Shown here piece after piece: positions 23,993-36,064 of a stretch of 64,000 nucleotides of DNA; position 1 is the first letter of the stretch, and every line of letters starts with the position of its first letter. The notes under the pieces are model-generated. The model made no database searches and was not told where the DNA came from. It saw nothing but the letters and a program-made list of their open reading frames with translations. The position numbers and the translations under genes were made by a program. Origin of the DNA: Callorhinchus milii (taxonomy: Eukaryota). The stretch is taken from contig NW_024704743.1 in assembly GCF_018977255.1 (NCBI RefSeq), positions 50,842,001 to 50,906,000 of the forward strand. Direction: 5' to 3'.

Positions 23993-24064
23993 ACATTGGT
24001 TGTGATTAAAATTGCATACACAATCATGTCCGTATCCCACCCGTACATGGTAACTTACCAAAGT

Positions 24065-24145
24065 GTGGATTCCTGTAACATAATGGTTAGAGCTCTCGCC
24101 TCTAAAGCGAGAGGACCTGGATTTGAATTCTGGGCAGGGCGAAAT
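24065..24145 (+). mobile_element. Isolated tRNA-like head of young SINE
   Basis: gtggattcctgtaacataatggttagagctctcgcctctaaagcgagaggacctggatttgaattctgggcagggcgaaa. Confidence 0.8.
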
Positions 24146-25676
24146 GCTGTGCAAGCTAGTGGGTGAGGTAGGGGCAGAGCAGACAAAAAGAAGGTGGTTA
24201 TTATTATTTGCTGCTGAAGATCAGGTATGCTGGACACACCAGTAATGTGAGTAATGTGAGTGAGTGAGCTCTCAGCTGGTTCTCTCTCTCTCTGGCTGAC
24301 TGCTACATTTTTGGCTTCTGGGCCCAATTGCGGGGTATTATCTGCTAGAGTCAAGCTGTGTTCAATCACAGCGACTCATTTCCAATATAGCTCTGAGTGT
24401 GTTAAATTGAATGCCTGCTCTATCAGGAATTTAAAAACTAACAGGATAAAGGATAGGAAATTCACACTTTGCCTCAATATGCAGTTGTCTCGTTTGCTGA
24501 TATGTCTTGAGCTCCTCCTCTTTTCTCAAACTGATTTTTTGTAGGTTTTCCTGGTTCTCACATGATTATGACAGGATGTCAGTACCGCTTAATAAACCAA
24601 GTTCTTAAGGGGAAAGAAAATTAATGAAAACTACACAAGTCTTCAACTATTTTTAAGGCAAAATGTTAAAATAGTCCTGAAGCCTGGGTGAAGATAACCC
24701 CCAAGTTATATATATTTAATGCACACTAATTTGATTTGAACAGTATTTTATTTTGATGGTTATTTGAATAACTTGCTCTGTCATATTTCTGAAACGTGGA
24801 TTGAGCTTTTAACTAAAGTAAGCCGAATGCAAATTACATTGCTGTCAGCCACTTCAGTCCTTTCATCATGCCCGCCTCCCTTGTGTGGCTGATGGACACA
24901 ACTTCTGTGAAGCTGATCTCAGGTGGAAACAACAGGTCAAGGTTGCAAGCTTTGGTACTGGAGGTCATGAAACAGTCTGGACGACCCCTTCCAAGTGATC
25001 TTTGTGTTATTTAAAGGCCACCAGCAGTGATAGATACTCAGTCTTTATGCAATATGTGTTAATTTGCTGAAATGTAGCTGAGTTCAAACATTTTCAAGTT
25101 TCGATGTGTATATCCCTTGAAAGAAACTGATTCATTTCATCCACATTTCTGTAGGACCATAGGAGTTGGATTAGACTGTCTGACTCATCAAGCCTCTTCT
25201 GCCATTTTCAGGGTGACAACTTACCCGGGTTATTTTGTCTGACCAATAGTTTCCTTGTCATGTTTGTGGCAGATTGGTACATGGTTTCTATCTGTTACAG
25301 TGGTAAAAGTAATAATATATATTTTCCTTTAAAATTTCCTTTGATTCCAATTCATAATACCAATCAAGTATTCAATATAATTATCAGTTGTTCTCTACTC
25401 TTGACGGAATGGTTAAATCTCAGAGAGAATGAAACTCAATCCGAGCTCTATGCCTCATCAACAGATCAATGATGTAGCTGGTTCCTAAATGAGGATATTG
25501 CTTTCCTAATACATAACCAAGCAAGTTCACTACTGAAAGAGTGTAAAATAAATCTATACATGCATGTATGTTAGTATTGAGAGAAACAGGAGTCCTAGAA
25601 TAAGAATCCTTGTATTTGATAGCATCTATCATGTTAATGAAATTCCTTAAAGTGCTTCACAACATTTAATGCTACC

Positions 25677-26079
25677 AATCCTTGCATTAGATAAAGCACC
25701 TTTTATGTTTAGAGGACATCTCGAAGGGAATCACAGGATTTACTGTAAAGTGCAGTGACTGTGTGTGAATGCAGCAGCCAGGTGAATGTAGCAGCCAGCT
25801 TGCACACAACAATATCTTACAAACAGCCATGAAGTGAATGACCAATTTTATTTCAGAAATTGTTGGCATTTGGATCTTTAACACCCAACTGAATAGGCAA
25901 AGACAGAATCTCGGTTTAAATTTTTATTCGAAGGACAGCACCTTCAACAATGCAGCACATCCCAGAACTGCATTGAAGTATCAGCGTAGCTTATATGAAC
26001 TCAAAGTCCCAGTGTGCGGCATGAACCCACAACCTTCTGAATCAGAAATGAGAGTGCCACTAATTGAGCCATGCTGACA
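25677..26079 (-). mobile_element. Full-length old Deu-domain SINE
   Basis: gcagccagcttgcacaca..cgaaggacagcaccttcaacaatgcagcac..tgaacccacaaccttctga..tgagcca. Confidence 0.88.
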
Positions 26080-26262
26080 CACCGAGAAAGTAGAATCCCT
26101 AAAATACTTTCAGATGTGCCAAGGCAGTAGAATAAGTGGGCAAAGGTTTTGGATAGTGAGGGTAATTATTAGACAGACCTGGACTCATTTAAGAGCTAAC
26201 TTGGTACTGTAAAGGCAAGGGATGGTCCTCTGGAAAGATGAGAAAAGATTCTCTGGAAAGAC

Positions 26263-27647
26263 GAATCCTGTAACATAGTGGTTAGAGTACTTGCATTACA
26301 AACGAGAGGACCTAGGTTCGATTCCTAGGCAGGGCGAAACCTTAAGCAAGTTTTCTTACTCCACACACCTCTGTTTACCTTGCAGTAAGCAGGAACCCGG
26401 TTGTTAGTCGATTGGCAAATTGCTTTCCGGGGGTAATATTCCCTAATAGAAAAAAAATTGGTTACTCAATCAACGACTGTTTGTGGGATATCAACAACAA
26501 CAAATTACATTTGCATAATGCCTTTTACATCAGGAGGACATCCCAGGGTGTTGGACAGTCAAATATTTGGACCTGACCAGGGGCTTGGGATCAGGGGCTA
26601 CAGCCTACTGAATGGAGGGAGAGAGCAGGTTGATACAGGGTTAGCAGGTCACAGAGATAGGAAGGAGCAAGGCCATGGATGGCCATGAGGGAAAAGATGA
26701 GGATTTTTAACTCTATCCTCTGAGGGATAAGGAGCCAGTGGAGCCGGGCAAGGTTGGGGGTAATAGGGTCACCAAGTTTGGTGCAGGAGTGGTCACGAGC
26801 TGCAGAATTCTGGATGATCTGCAGCTTGTGGAGGGAAGAGTTGGGAAGGCCGACAAGCAGGGAGTTGGCATAGTTGAGCCTAGATGTGATAAATGCGTGG
26901 ATGAAGATTTTGGTGGCTTGAGGTGAGAGGCAGTGGCAGAGCCAGGCGATGTTGCAGAGGTGAGGGAAAGCAGAGCAGGTCATGGCACAGATGTGGGATA
27001 GAAGAATAGTTGAGGGTCAAACAAGATGCCAAGGTTCCAGACTGGCTCGGGAAGGTGGAGTGTGCATCCATGGATGATGATGCTGCCAGTGCCTGAGGTA
27101 CAGAGGTGCTGATAGGAGCCAATCAGGAAGGCCTCAGTCTTGTTGACATTCAATTGTAGAAGGTTAGCTCTCATCCAGGACTTGATGTCTGACAGACATT
27201 CTGTTAGGACATCAGTGGTCCTGGAGTCGAGGATGGAGGCAGAGAGATAGAGTTGGTCATCATCTGCATACATGTGAAAGTTGACCCCATGTCTGTGGAT
27301 CATGTCACCAAGAGGGAGCATGTACTTGCTGAAGAGGAGAGGACCAAGGACTGAGGAACACCGCATGAGATGGTGCGGGGCTGGAGGAGAAGTGTTTGTG
27401 AAGACAACATGTAGATGGTGTGAAAGGTAGGAACTTAACCCATTAAGGACAGAACCATGAAGGTTGAGGTGAGAGAAGGTAGAGGAGGATAGAGTGGGAC
27501 CTTGCTGTGTGCAACTGGCTGCTGCATTTTGCCCACAAAATATGCAGTCAGTCCACTTTACACTATATTCTGTGAAGCACTTTGAGACGTCTCAATGACT
27601 TGATAAGGCACTATGTGAAATACAAGGATTATTACTATTATTATTAT
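26263..27647 (+). mobile_element. Young SINE (long form) split by an antisense L2
   Basis: 5' part 26263-26491; 3' part 27494-27647; duplicated gtgggatat / gtgggacct at the junctions. Confidence 0.88.
26492..27493 (-). mobile_element. 5'-truncated, frameshifted L2 LINE
   Basis: [36 protein letters not shown] (RT) and HAFITSRLNYANSLL..LHWL; (TTG)n tail. Confidence 0.95.
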
Positions 27648-28289
27648 CCTTGCATATTTCCTGAACTTCAACACTAAAAAATATTTTGCACTACTTTATC
27701 ATACGCTTGAGCAAATATATGATAATTTAAGCAGCATTTTTAGATATTTATTTGCCCAAGAAGATCTGAAAGCTATAAATTCTGGTTGGTGAAACCATAT
27801 ACATGCTGCATGCAAGGCTAAGATAACTTCACTGGTTTGGATGAAGAGATTAGAATTCACATAGTATAAGGGTGTTTATCAGCAATCCTACAGAGGCAAG
27901 TGTTAAGGGACGATAAGTGACTTTAACCAAGTCATTATTTGCTCAGAAACTAATGATCAAATCCACACAACTCAACTGGTGCTCTATTGACATTGATACT
28001 GTAAATATACACTTGCAGAATAACATTCTGACTCCCCCCATATATTTATGTGTATAATTTAATTCTCCTTTTGGTATATTGGTAAATCTGCTGTATTTTA
28101 AAGATTCTAGTCTCAGAATCATAGTCTTTATCTTCATTTCTGTGATGTTACGTTCAATATTTCTTGGTTGTATTTTGGGAAATAAACATTTTGGGAAAAA
28201 AGGAACAAAAGAACAAGACTGTAAAGCCCAGCCCACTATTGCTTCAAGAATATGCAATATTCTTCCAGTCACCTTTTTTTGCTTGTCAA

Positions 28290-28620
28290 CCTTGTGTCTG
28301 AAACATGTTTAAGAGTATCCAAACCAGACTGAGAGTTCCCCATATGTATGCCATCTACACATGGAAATTGTGTCTGAAGTGGAATGTGTACTTTCTCCCT
28401 AGAGGGATGCACCCTGCTTAATTCTAGTGATCATTAGGTGCTCAAAGGATTTGGTGCCCCCAAAGTATACTTTGAGGATATTGCTGGAGTTCAATCAACT
28501 AAAACTGCATAGATGGCCATTTACAGTACTGTCTAGCAAGCTTCCCACTGCTTGTCTAGCCAGGACCACCCGACCCATTAGTTTATAGGGTTAATGGGAG
28601 CTGAGTGAGAAGAATCACTG
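28290..28620 (+). repeat. Unclassified dispersed repeat, family X, copy 3
   Basis: gatattgctggagttcaatcaactaaaactgcat..ctagcaagcttcccactgcttgtctagc matches the reverse complement of 19070-19170. Confidence 0.75.
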
Positions 28621-28799
28621 CATTCATTGACTGGTGTGTTCTTTCAAGTCTTGCTGATGAGCTAGGCTGACTGGTCTGTCATCAGTTGTGTCATAGAGCA
28701 GGAACTGGACTACTGCAACCACCATAGAGACTTGATTAATTTACAAAATTTCATTGCCAAGCATTTCACACAGGAGACAGCTACATAAACAAAATTGGT

Positions 28800-29003
28800 C
28801 ACTTGGTTAGTCAATTGGCAGATCACTTTCCCTAAAAAAATCACTCAATTCATGACTGTTTGTGGGACACCAATGTGCACAATTGACTGCTGCATTTTGC
28901 CCACAAAATATACAGTCAATTCACTTTACACTATATACTGAGAAGCGCTTTGAGACGTCTCGAAGACATGATGAGATGCTATATCAAATGCAAGGATTAT
29001 TAC
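28800..29003 (+). mobile_element. 5'-truncated young SINE, long form
   Basis: gttagtcaattggcagatcactttc..ctatatcaaatgcaaggattatta. Confidence 0.85.
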
Positions 29004-29801
29004 TTGGGATCTTTCATTTCCACTTGAACTGGCAGACCAGAACTCCGTTTAATGTCTCATCAAAGGTACAGCAACTCTGACAAAGCAAATAGTGTGATCG
29101 ATGTAAAAGATATTACTGTAGTGGGAGTTGAGCTGCAAAGAAGAGTGGATCTGAGTAAAAGTGATTCATGAAGATGGAGCTAAGTTGGGAAAATATCTAG
29201 AGCAAGGTTGAATTGGAGAGCCTCAATTATCCAACTGCTTAATTCTCTGAAAATTGTGATTGTATAGTTGGGAAGTTAGATGACCAGGGCATGGATAATC
29301 ATAGTTCTAACATTCGCAGTAAATACTGCAGCTGTAGTTCTGACACTAAAGAGGACTGGGAATTCTCTTGGGAATTAAGTAGATAACATTGAATGCAGTG
29401 CAATGTGCTAAGACTGATAAACAATGGAGTAAGCCATTGTAGCTGATGCACAGGACTGAATTAGAGATGAGACTGATTCTAAACGATGCATAATAACATC
29501 AGGAAATAAACCAGGATGTGGGACAAGACTGAGGATCATTACTGGAAAAAGAAACAAGATAAAGCGAGTTGAAAATGCAAGACAATTGGCTTTTGCATGT
29601 AATACTTTCCAGCATGGTAAAAGTGTGACAGGAGTAGAATAACTTATAGAAGACTTTTTTTGTAAAGCATCCAGTCTACTTGGGAAAGCAAAGAGATAAA
29701 AGTCACAAAGTCAAACTGCTGGAAACCTCCATCCATATGCAATGACAGTAAAAGTTAGTATTGGGTTACGGGTGAAAATTGCAGCATTTTATAAAGTATT
29801 C

Positions 29802-30085
29802 AATAATAATAATCCTTGCATTTGATATAGCGCTTTTCACGTCTTCTAGATATCTCAAAGCGCTTCACAGAATATACTGTAAAGTGAATTGACTGTATAT
29901 TTGTAGGCGAAATGTGGCAGCCAAATTTTGCACAGCGGTGTCACACAAACAGTCGTGGATTGAAGTGACCAATTTATTATTTTTTTCTTGAGGGATTATT
30001 ATTAGACGTGTAGAGTAAGGAAACTTGCCCAAGGTTTCGCCCTTTTGGGAAACGAACCCAGCTCTCTTGCTTGAGAGGCAAGTGA
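29802..30085 (-). mobile_element. Young SINE, short form, head eroded
   Basis: aataataatccttgcatttg..ggattattattagacgtgtagagtaaggaaacttgcccaaggtttcgccc. Confidence 0.9.
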
Positions 30086-30439
30086 TTGTGAATTCAATGT
30101 GATAATTATAATGATAGGCCAGTTTGGCAGCCAATAAAAAGATAAAGGATTGAGAATTGACAGGCCACATCATAGATGCAGCCCTTTCAATGTCTGACAT
30201 ATCAACAATCTATGAAGATTAAAACTTCACAAGCACATCAACATGTAATTATCACATTTAATGGATTATGAAATGCTGCATTTTTCTCCTCATGTTTTTA
30301 CAAAGTAAATTAGAAGTAAAAACAGACTCTGCCATGGAATCTGTATTCTACTCCTTTTATTTCCAGTTTTCTGCTGTAAGTGTTAATACTGGGATATGGC
30401 CCTCCTACTCTTTCTGGTACCTCAGCCAACAACATATTC

Positions 30440-30680
30440 TTGTGTGAGACTAAGTAACAAGTTAACCCTAATCTTTTTTACCCAACATTGATGCACATGC
30501 ACATTCCCAGTTGGAGAGACTCATTGAAAAAGATAACGAGTTGATCTTGCACTGAGGCCTGAATTAATGGATAGGCAGAGATCAATGTATTTATCAAATG
30601 GCCAAGAAACAAATCTGGGACCTTTGTGGTCTGCATGGCTCAGATTCAACTAAATTATGGTAGATTAAACCAAGTGATAT
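30440..30680 (-). mobile_element. Old SINE-like element of a further family (partial second copy at ~37105-37190 +)
   Basis: Minus strand ctgagccatgcagaccacaaaggtcccagatttg matches ggccatacagattgaaaggtcactggttcgaaccc (B-box-like) at 37113-37150. Confidence 0.45.
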
Positions 30681-31164
30681 AATTTCATAGTAAGTCAATA
30701 GTAATTGTTGTCTTTTAAATTTTAATATACAATACAAATTTATGTTTATATAGCACCTTCCACATCAGGAGGATGTCCCAAAGCATTTAACAACTCCTGG
30801 CTTGGCACCCGAACTAGGTTTGGGAGGGGAGTTCCATAGATTGGGGGCAGAGAATATGGAGATGAACCTTAGCCTTAGACACAAATTTCAAATGCGTTTC
30901 AATGTAGAAAACTTTGACTATTATTGCACCAGTGGCTGGAACCTTAGTGACTCATGAACTGAGTCAAATTGTCTACCTGAACCCATCTCAGGAGAAGGGT
31001 CAGCAGAGAAAGGAGGGCTGACGTGAAGAAGTAAAAATGTATTTCAAGATAGTTTAATAAACAACATTAAAGAGAACCAAAGAAATTGTATGTAACATAT
31101 GTATTGGAATATTATATTTAATAAACATTACAGATTTTGAAAGTACAATCATGTCCTATGGTAC

Positions 31165-31770
31165 ACAATTGCTCATTGTCAGGAAATGCACAGTCTTTTG
31201 AATGAGACATTAAACCAAGGTCCTATTTGCCTAGTGGTGGACATTAAACATTCCAAGGCACCAGAGGCGGATTTAGGTTTGAAGGGGGGAGGTGGTCAGG
31301 ATTTGGCCAACAAGGCTTTACTCCTCTGCCTCCTCCCAACATGGCTCTGATGGGGGATTGGGCTGCCATCAGCCAGAGTGGACTGTGGGCTTTGTCTGAC
31401 CTTTGATTGGCAGTCAGTCAGTGGGTGGACTGTGGGTGGTTCAAAATAGCAACGAGATTGCAAAAAAGTACGTGATTCAGTTTTGGCTGACTTTGGCCAA
31501 CCTCAAAGTAATTGGGAGGTCATGAGCCTCTCTGATCCCCCTTTGGCTCCCCCATTGCAAGGCACTATTTGAAAAGGGAAGACAGTTTCTCCCAGTGTTC
31601 TGGCCATAATCCCCCAGATAAAATTGGTTCTTCACTGCAATGCTGTGGCAACTTGGCTGTCACAATTTTGTCTACCGATGGACAGTCACTGCACTTTACA
31701 ATAAAATCCTGTGAGTCATTTTGATGTGATGAGGTGCTTATAAAATGCCTGAAGGATCATTATTATTATT
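31165..31770 (+). mobile_element. Old Deu-domain SINE interrupted by a hAT-type MITE
   Basis: aatgagacattaaaccaaggtcc..ggtggacattaaacattccaaggcac [insert] tatttgaaaaggg..ttggctgtcaca..gatcattattatt. Confidence 0.8.
31262..31557. mobile_element. hAT-type MITE with 8-bp TSD
   Basis: Perfect TSD caaggcac (31254-31261, 31558-31565); imperfect TIRs cagaggcggattta / tggctcccccattg. Confidence 0.82.
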
Positions 31771-31789
31771 CCATACAGGGAATTGAAAT

Positions 31790-31922
31790 GCAGTACCCAA
31801 CATCCAAACCAGTCAAAAAAGGCTGGTTTGGATGACAATTTTCTGTTATGTGATTATTATGATAGATAATTACAATCCAATCTAGTCTTCAGTTATTGAC
31901 TGGTTTGGGTGTGAATATTGCC
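31790..31922. repeat. Small nested-palindrome element
   Basis: catccaaaccag..ctggtttggatg hairpin (31801-31834) plus distal ttgactggtttgggtg (31896-31911). Confidence 0.7.
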
Positions 31923-32299
31923 CGACTTTACTCACTATCTAACGAGCACAATCAGTACTATAACAACTGACATAGATTGGGATATTACTGGGAATTTGTT
32001 GGCATCAATATAACATTCATTCTGTATTCTAAGCTATACTCCAGCTGCAGAGCAATCATCTGGAACTGTGTCCATGATCTGAAAGCTTTATTAGAAGAAT
32101 AATGCTTCAGAACATTCACAACTACATAACTGCCTTATGTGCCTCAGAGCTTCTGTACTATGGAAGACCATAGGTGAGGTTTTGGGATATGAGGGCATTT
32201 GTGCTTTACAACTGAGCTAGAATTCAGCAATTAGACTTGTTGGCATGTAATATACATTGGCTGTTATAGCTTTATGTGGCTATTGAACTAAGCGCCCCG

Positions 32300-32335
32300 A
32301 AGAGGTGAGTTTGTCAATTAAGAAACTCACCTCTT
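32300..32335. repeat. Perfect 13-bp inverted repeat
   Basis: aagaggtgagttt-(gtcaattaag)-aaactcacctctt. Confidence 0.85.
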
Positions 32336-33074
32336 AACACCATCAATTGCCTGTTTGGGCTTCTCCTTGAACTCCATCACAGTGAATTCTTTCCATGTGC
32401 TCTGTATGCACTCCAGCTTGGCTGTAAGATTTGATGGCTTTCCAAAGGCGGATAATGTATTTGATTAGATCAGCAGTTCTGAGGGTCACAAAATACCCGG
32501 GGGGAATTGTTGTTGAAAAATCTATGAACGTAGATCGTCCTCTATTAGGAAGGAAAAAAGTGTACTGAAATAAGTGACAATTTCATTGGCTGTAAACAAA
32601 AAGGTTTATTTAGCAGCCTGAAAATGCCTGAAACAGAATAAACAATAGCCATTTTAGCAGCATAACTATTTGTCAATTTAAAATGTAATGCGGGACATAA
32701 AAATGCATGACAAAACAAGGAAAGCTTGTAAACTGATCAAATTCAGACCTGAACCCCAAATATTCTTGACTTAGATTGTTTGCATTTGGATTGCTACAGT
32801 GTTTGTGCGTGGAGGAACAAGCATTGAGAAATATTCTGCACTTTTGATAATGAGGAATATAATGTAATGTAATAGTTGGCATAAGAAAATTTCACAAGTT
32901 TAAGGGCTGAAAAAGTGTTTGTCAGGAAATTGACAGTGTAAGTGTTTCCTTGTGGCCAGAAAAAAAAGTATTGCTGGACTTAAAGTGCATCCTCTGCAGG
33001 GAACCTCTCTTGGTTTCTATCTTACCTATCCATGCTTCTCCTCAGGCCCCTGTATCGGCATACGTGGTGTTCCT

Positions 33075-33202
33075 CAGGGTATCAAGGGATATGGGGCAAG
33101 GGCGGGTAATTGGAGTTGAGGTGCAGATCAGCCATGATCTTATGGAATTGCAGAACAGGCTTGTGGGGCTGAAAGGCCTACTCATGTTCCTATGTTCCTA
33201 TA
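33075..33202 (+). mobile_element. CR1 3' UTR/terminus
   Basis: aagggatatgggg..agatcagccatgatct..ggctgaaaggcctactcatgttcctatgttcctat. Confidence 0.8.
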
Positions 33203-33519
33203 TACCATTAAACTTATTTTATCAAAGTATTATAGTTAAAGAGCTTAAGGACTAGTTCATGACATCTCAACTTTCTTCCTTCCCCTCTTCATTTCTTGGG
33301 AGTTATAATGGGACACTCACTTCTGGCCCTCTAGTAGGTGATGTACAATGGATTGGGTGAGGATCAGCTGCATTCAGAGGAGAGATAGGTATAAATTATC
33401 TAGTTTTCCCACATTTTTGTTAAGGAAATTTTTAAGTGCTGTTGATAGTACTAGTACTACTATTAATAATAACAATCCTTGTATTTGATGTAGTATTTTC
33501 ACATCATTATTTAACAATA

Positions 33520-33700
33520 CTGGCCTGGCACCCGAGCTGCAGACCTTGAATAAGGCGAAGGAAAGAGTGAATCGAATGGACTTCAGGATGGAATTCCAGA
33601 GAGTGGGAGCAGATAGACCGAAAGCCCACCTGCCGATGTTGGAGTTGGGGGTCACGAAGCAGGCCTGAGTGATGGGAGCAGATGGGCTGGTAGGTATTCT
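33520..33700 (-). mobile_element. Degenerate L2 3' fragment
   Basis: Minus strand IGRWAFGLSAPTLWNSI. Confidence 0.65.
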
Positions 33701-34764
33701 ATCTCCTCCCTGCTGCAGTCTGAATGTGTATAGAATCTGAATGTATGTTTCACACTGTGGAGGGAGACTGACCAGGTTGAATACAGGAACTCAGGTGATA
33801 TTGTGGAAAATATGCGGCTGATGGGGGGAATGGTCATTTCTTGTTCTGTGCTTCCATACGTCTGTTTGACGGTGAATAATGACTAGGATATGGTGTTATA
33901 GAAACCGATTCTTTGCCCAATGGTAAAATGCCTCGATATATATTTTTTAATTCTGTTGTTTTTGTAGTAGAGCTGCTGCTGCAGGTCTCAGCAAAATTGT
34001 GAATGTTATCGGGGAATGAAAGACAGAAGATCATTATTTTCTATTGATATGCTTCTCCCTTCTAGTTGAGTATTAAGAAATGTTGATGCTCTGGTGACTT
34101 GGTACATTACTGAGGTATACCTTGACAGTTACTTTCAAGTTTGTTAGGCTGTTTATCCAGAAGGATTTAATTTTTCCGAATTTGTTCAATGGATTTAGAG
34201 TTAATATGGGGCAGAAGCCACTCAATAGTTTTTGGACTGTGAATAAAGAGCTTAGCCAGTTTTCTAAGCAATCGTAAGGAAGAATATACTTCAAAGCACC
34301 TAGGCTGAGAGCTTTTTTGATCTCTCTCTGGAGTTACTCTTTGGGCCTATCATAAAGGACAATTCTTTCAATCATGTTGCTTGTGTTGGTCAGTTCAAAT
34401 GCAATCCCTATTCTGAAATGTTATCTTTATCTGTAAAGCAAAGGTTGTATATAATTATCATATCTGGAAGGTGAAGAGAGTTTACCAAAAAGAAAATATC
34501 TCCTTTGATTTTCATTGGGAATGTAGCATGTAAAAGTATTTGTGTTTTAATATGCTCAGAGAGCATGAATTGCATCTGCTGTTAGACTCTGACATACAAA
34601 GAACCAATATTATTCTGCCCCTTAAAACAATCAGCCACTGCTCCTACATTCAATGGTGAAATTGGGACATAAAGGAAGGGCACAGAGGGGAATGGGTGGA
34701 TCGCCTGATCTTAAGCAATACAAACCATATGATGAGTGTAGACATTACTTGGATGAGAAATACT

Positions 34765-34985
34765 AATAAAATAATCTTTACATTTGATATGGGCTTTAGT
34801 AAAGACACAATGTCTCAAAAGGTGTTTGGAGTCACATGTCGTGTATTTGCGGCAAACATAGATCCCATTTGCAACCAGCAAGGTCTCATAAACATCTATG
34901 AAATGAATGCCTACTTTACATGGAAGATTTTTGGCCAGGACATAAGGAGAAATTTCCTTCGTTTTTCAAATAGTTGCAGGGAGAT
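34765..34985 (-). mobile_element. Deu-domain SINE 3' fragment
   Basis: ataatctttacatttgatatggg..ttggccaggaca..ttcaaatagt. Confidence 0.6.
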
Positions 34986-35657
34986 ACAACAACACATTAC
35001 ATTGATATAGCACCTTTCTTATTAGAAGGACGTCCAAAAGCCCTGAGATCATGGAATCTATAAAATGCCAAATTAAAGCATAATGTAGATAAAACTTGGC
35101 TGGCATTATAGTAAATGGTTTCAAATCATTTCACTGTTTCTACATGTTCCTGATCTGCGCTACAAACCTCTGTTTATATCATAATAAATGTTCATGTTTT
35201 CTACTGTGCCTATGATATTTCACTGCAGGGCTATTTATCATACCATTCTTCTGTCATTGAAGGGTCGAGTTCTGGCTTCGGACTTTTTTGTCCTTGTGTT
35301 TTTTCAAAAGAGCAATGCATTTGAATTCCCCTGAAGGCTCTTATCAAGATCTACTGTTTTACAATCACCCAGAACAGTCCCACAGTGCTGGCAGCTCTCT
35401 GGGATTGTTCTGTGTGGTCTTTTCAATCATGTCTCACTCTTTGAGCACACAATTGTCAGCATATATGAAAAATACATCTGTGCCAGTGGAGTCCAGTTGA
35501 ACCTTGGGGAGGACTGAATAAAAATGGATCATTTTGAACCAAGGAGGTTTTGATGGTTCTAAAATACTGGCATTGCTTGAAATAAGATGCAAAATATTTG
35601 GAAAACAATTGGGAATTGCAAATATAATAATAATAACCCATTTTGTCTTTCTGTGAT

Positions 35658-35786
35658 TCATAGATTCATAGAATATTACGGCACAGAAGGAGACCATTCG
35701 GCCCATCGAGTCTGTGCCGGTTCTTTGACAGAGCAAGTAACTTTCACTAACCCCAATCACCAGCTTTCTCCCATAGCCATGTAAAG
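35658..35786 (-). mobile_element. CR1 3' terminus
   Basis: catagattcatagaatattacggcacagaaggagaccattcggcccatcgagtctgtgccgg. Confidence 0.82.
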
Positions 35787-36064
35787 TACAAAAAATGCTC
35801 AAAACCCGATCAAACAAACGCGACGGATGGGAACATTTCTTTTTGGGCCTCGAAGGATATCAATTTTGCTCTTCTTTGCAGGATACTGGCTTTAAACATC
35901 AATGGTGACCATTGAAATCTTTGGGCCCAACCACTATGTGAACTTTGGTGTGAGGGAGCTTTACACCTATGACCAACCTGGAGGAATAGCTAACTATTGC
36001 CATCTTCCATAACAACTTCTGCAATATTCTCTAAATATCTAATTTGTTTTTAAAAAAGCTCTAT

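Noticed and set aside
28653..28686. ctgatga as a hammerhead core
   Set aside because: No downstream GAAA with stem II; it simply pairs with tcatcag.
33700..34460. Possible L1/Tx1 fossil on the minus strand
   Set aside because: Composition is suggestive, but I could not read any diagnostic motif.
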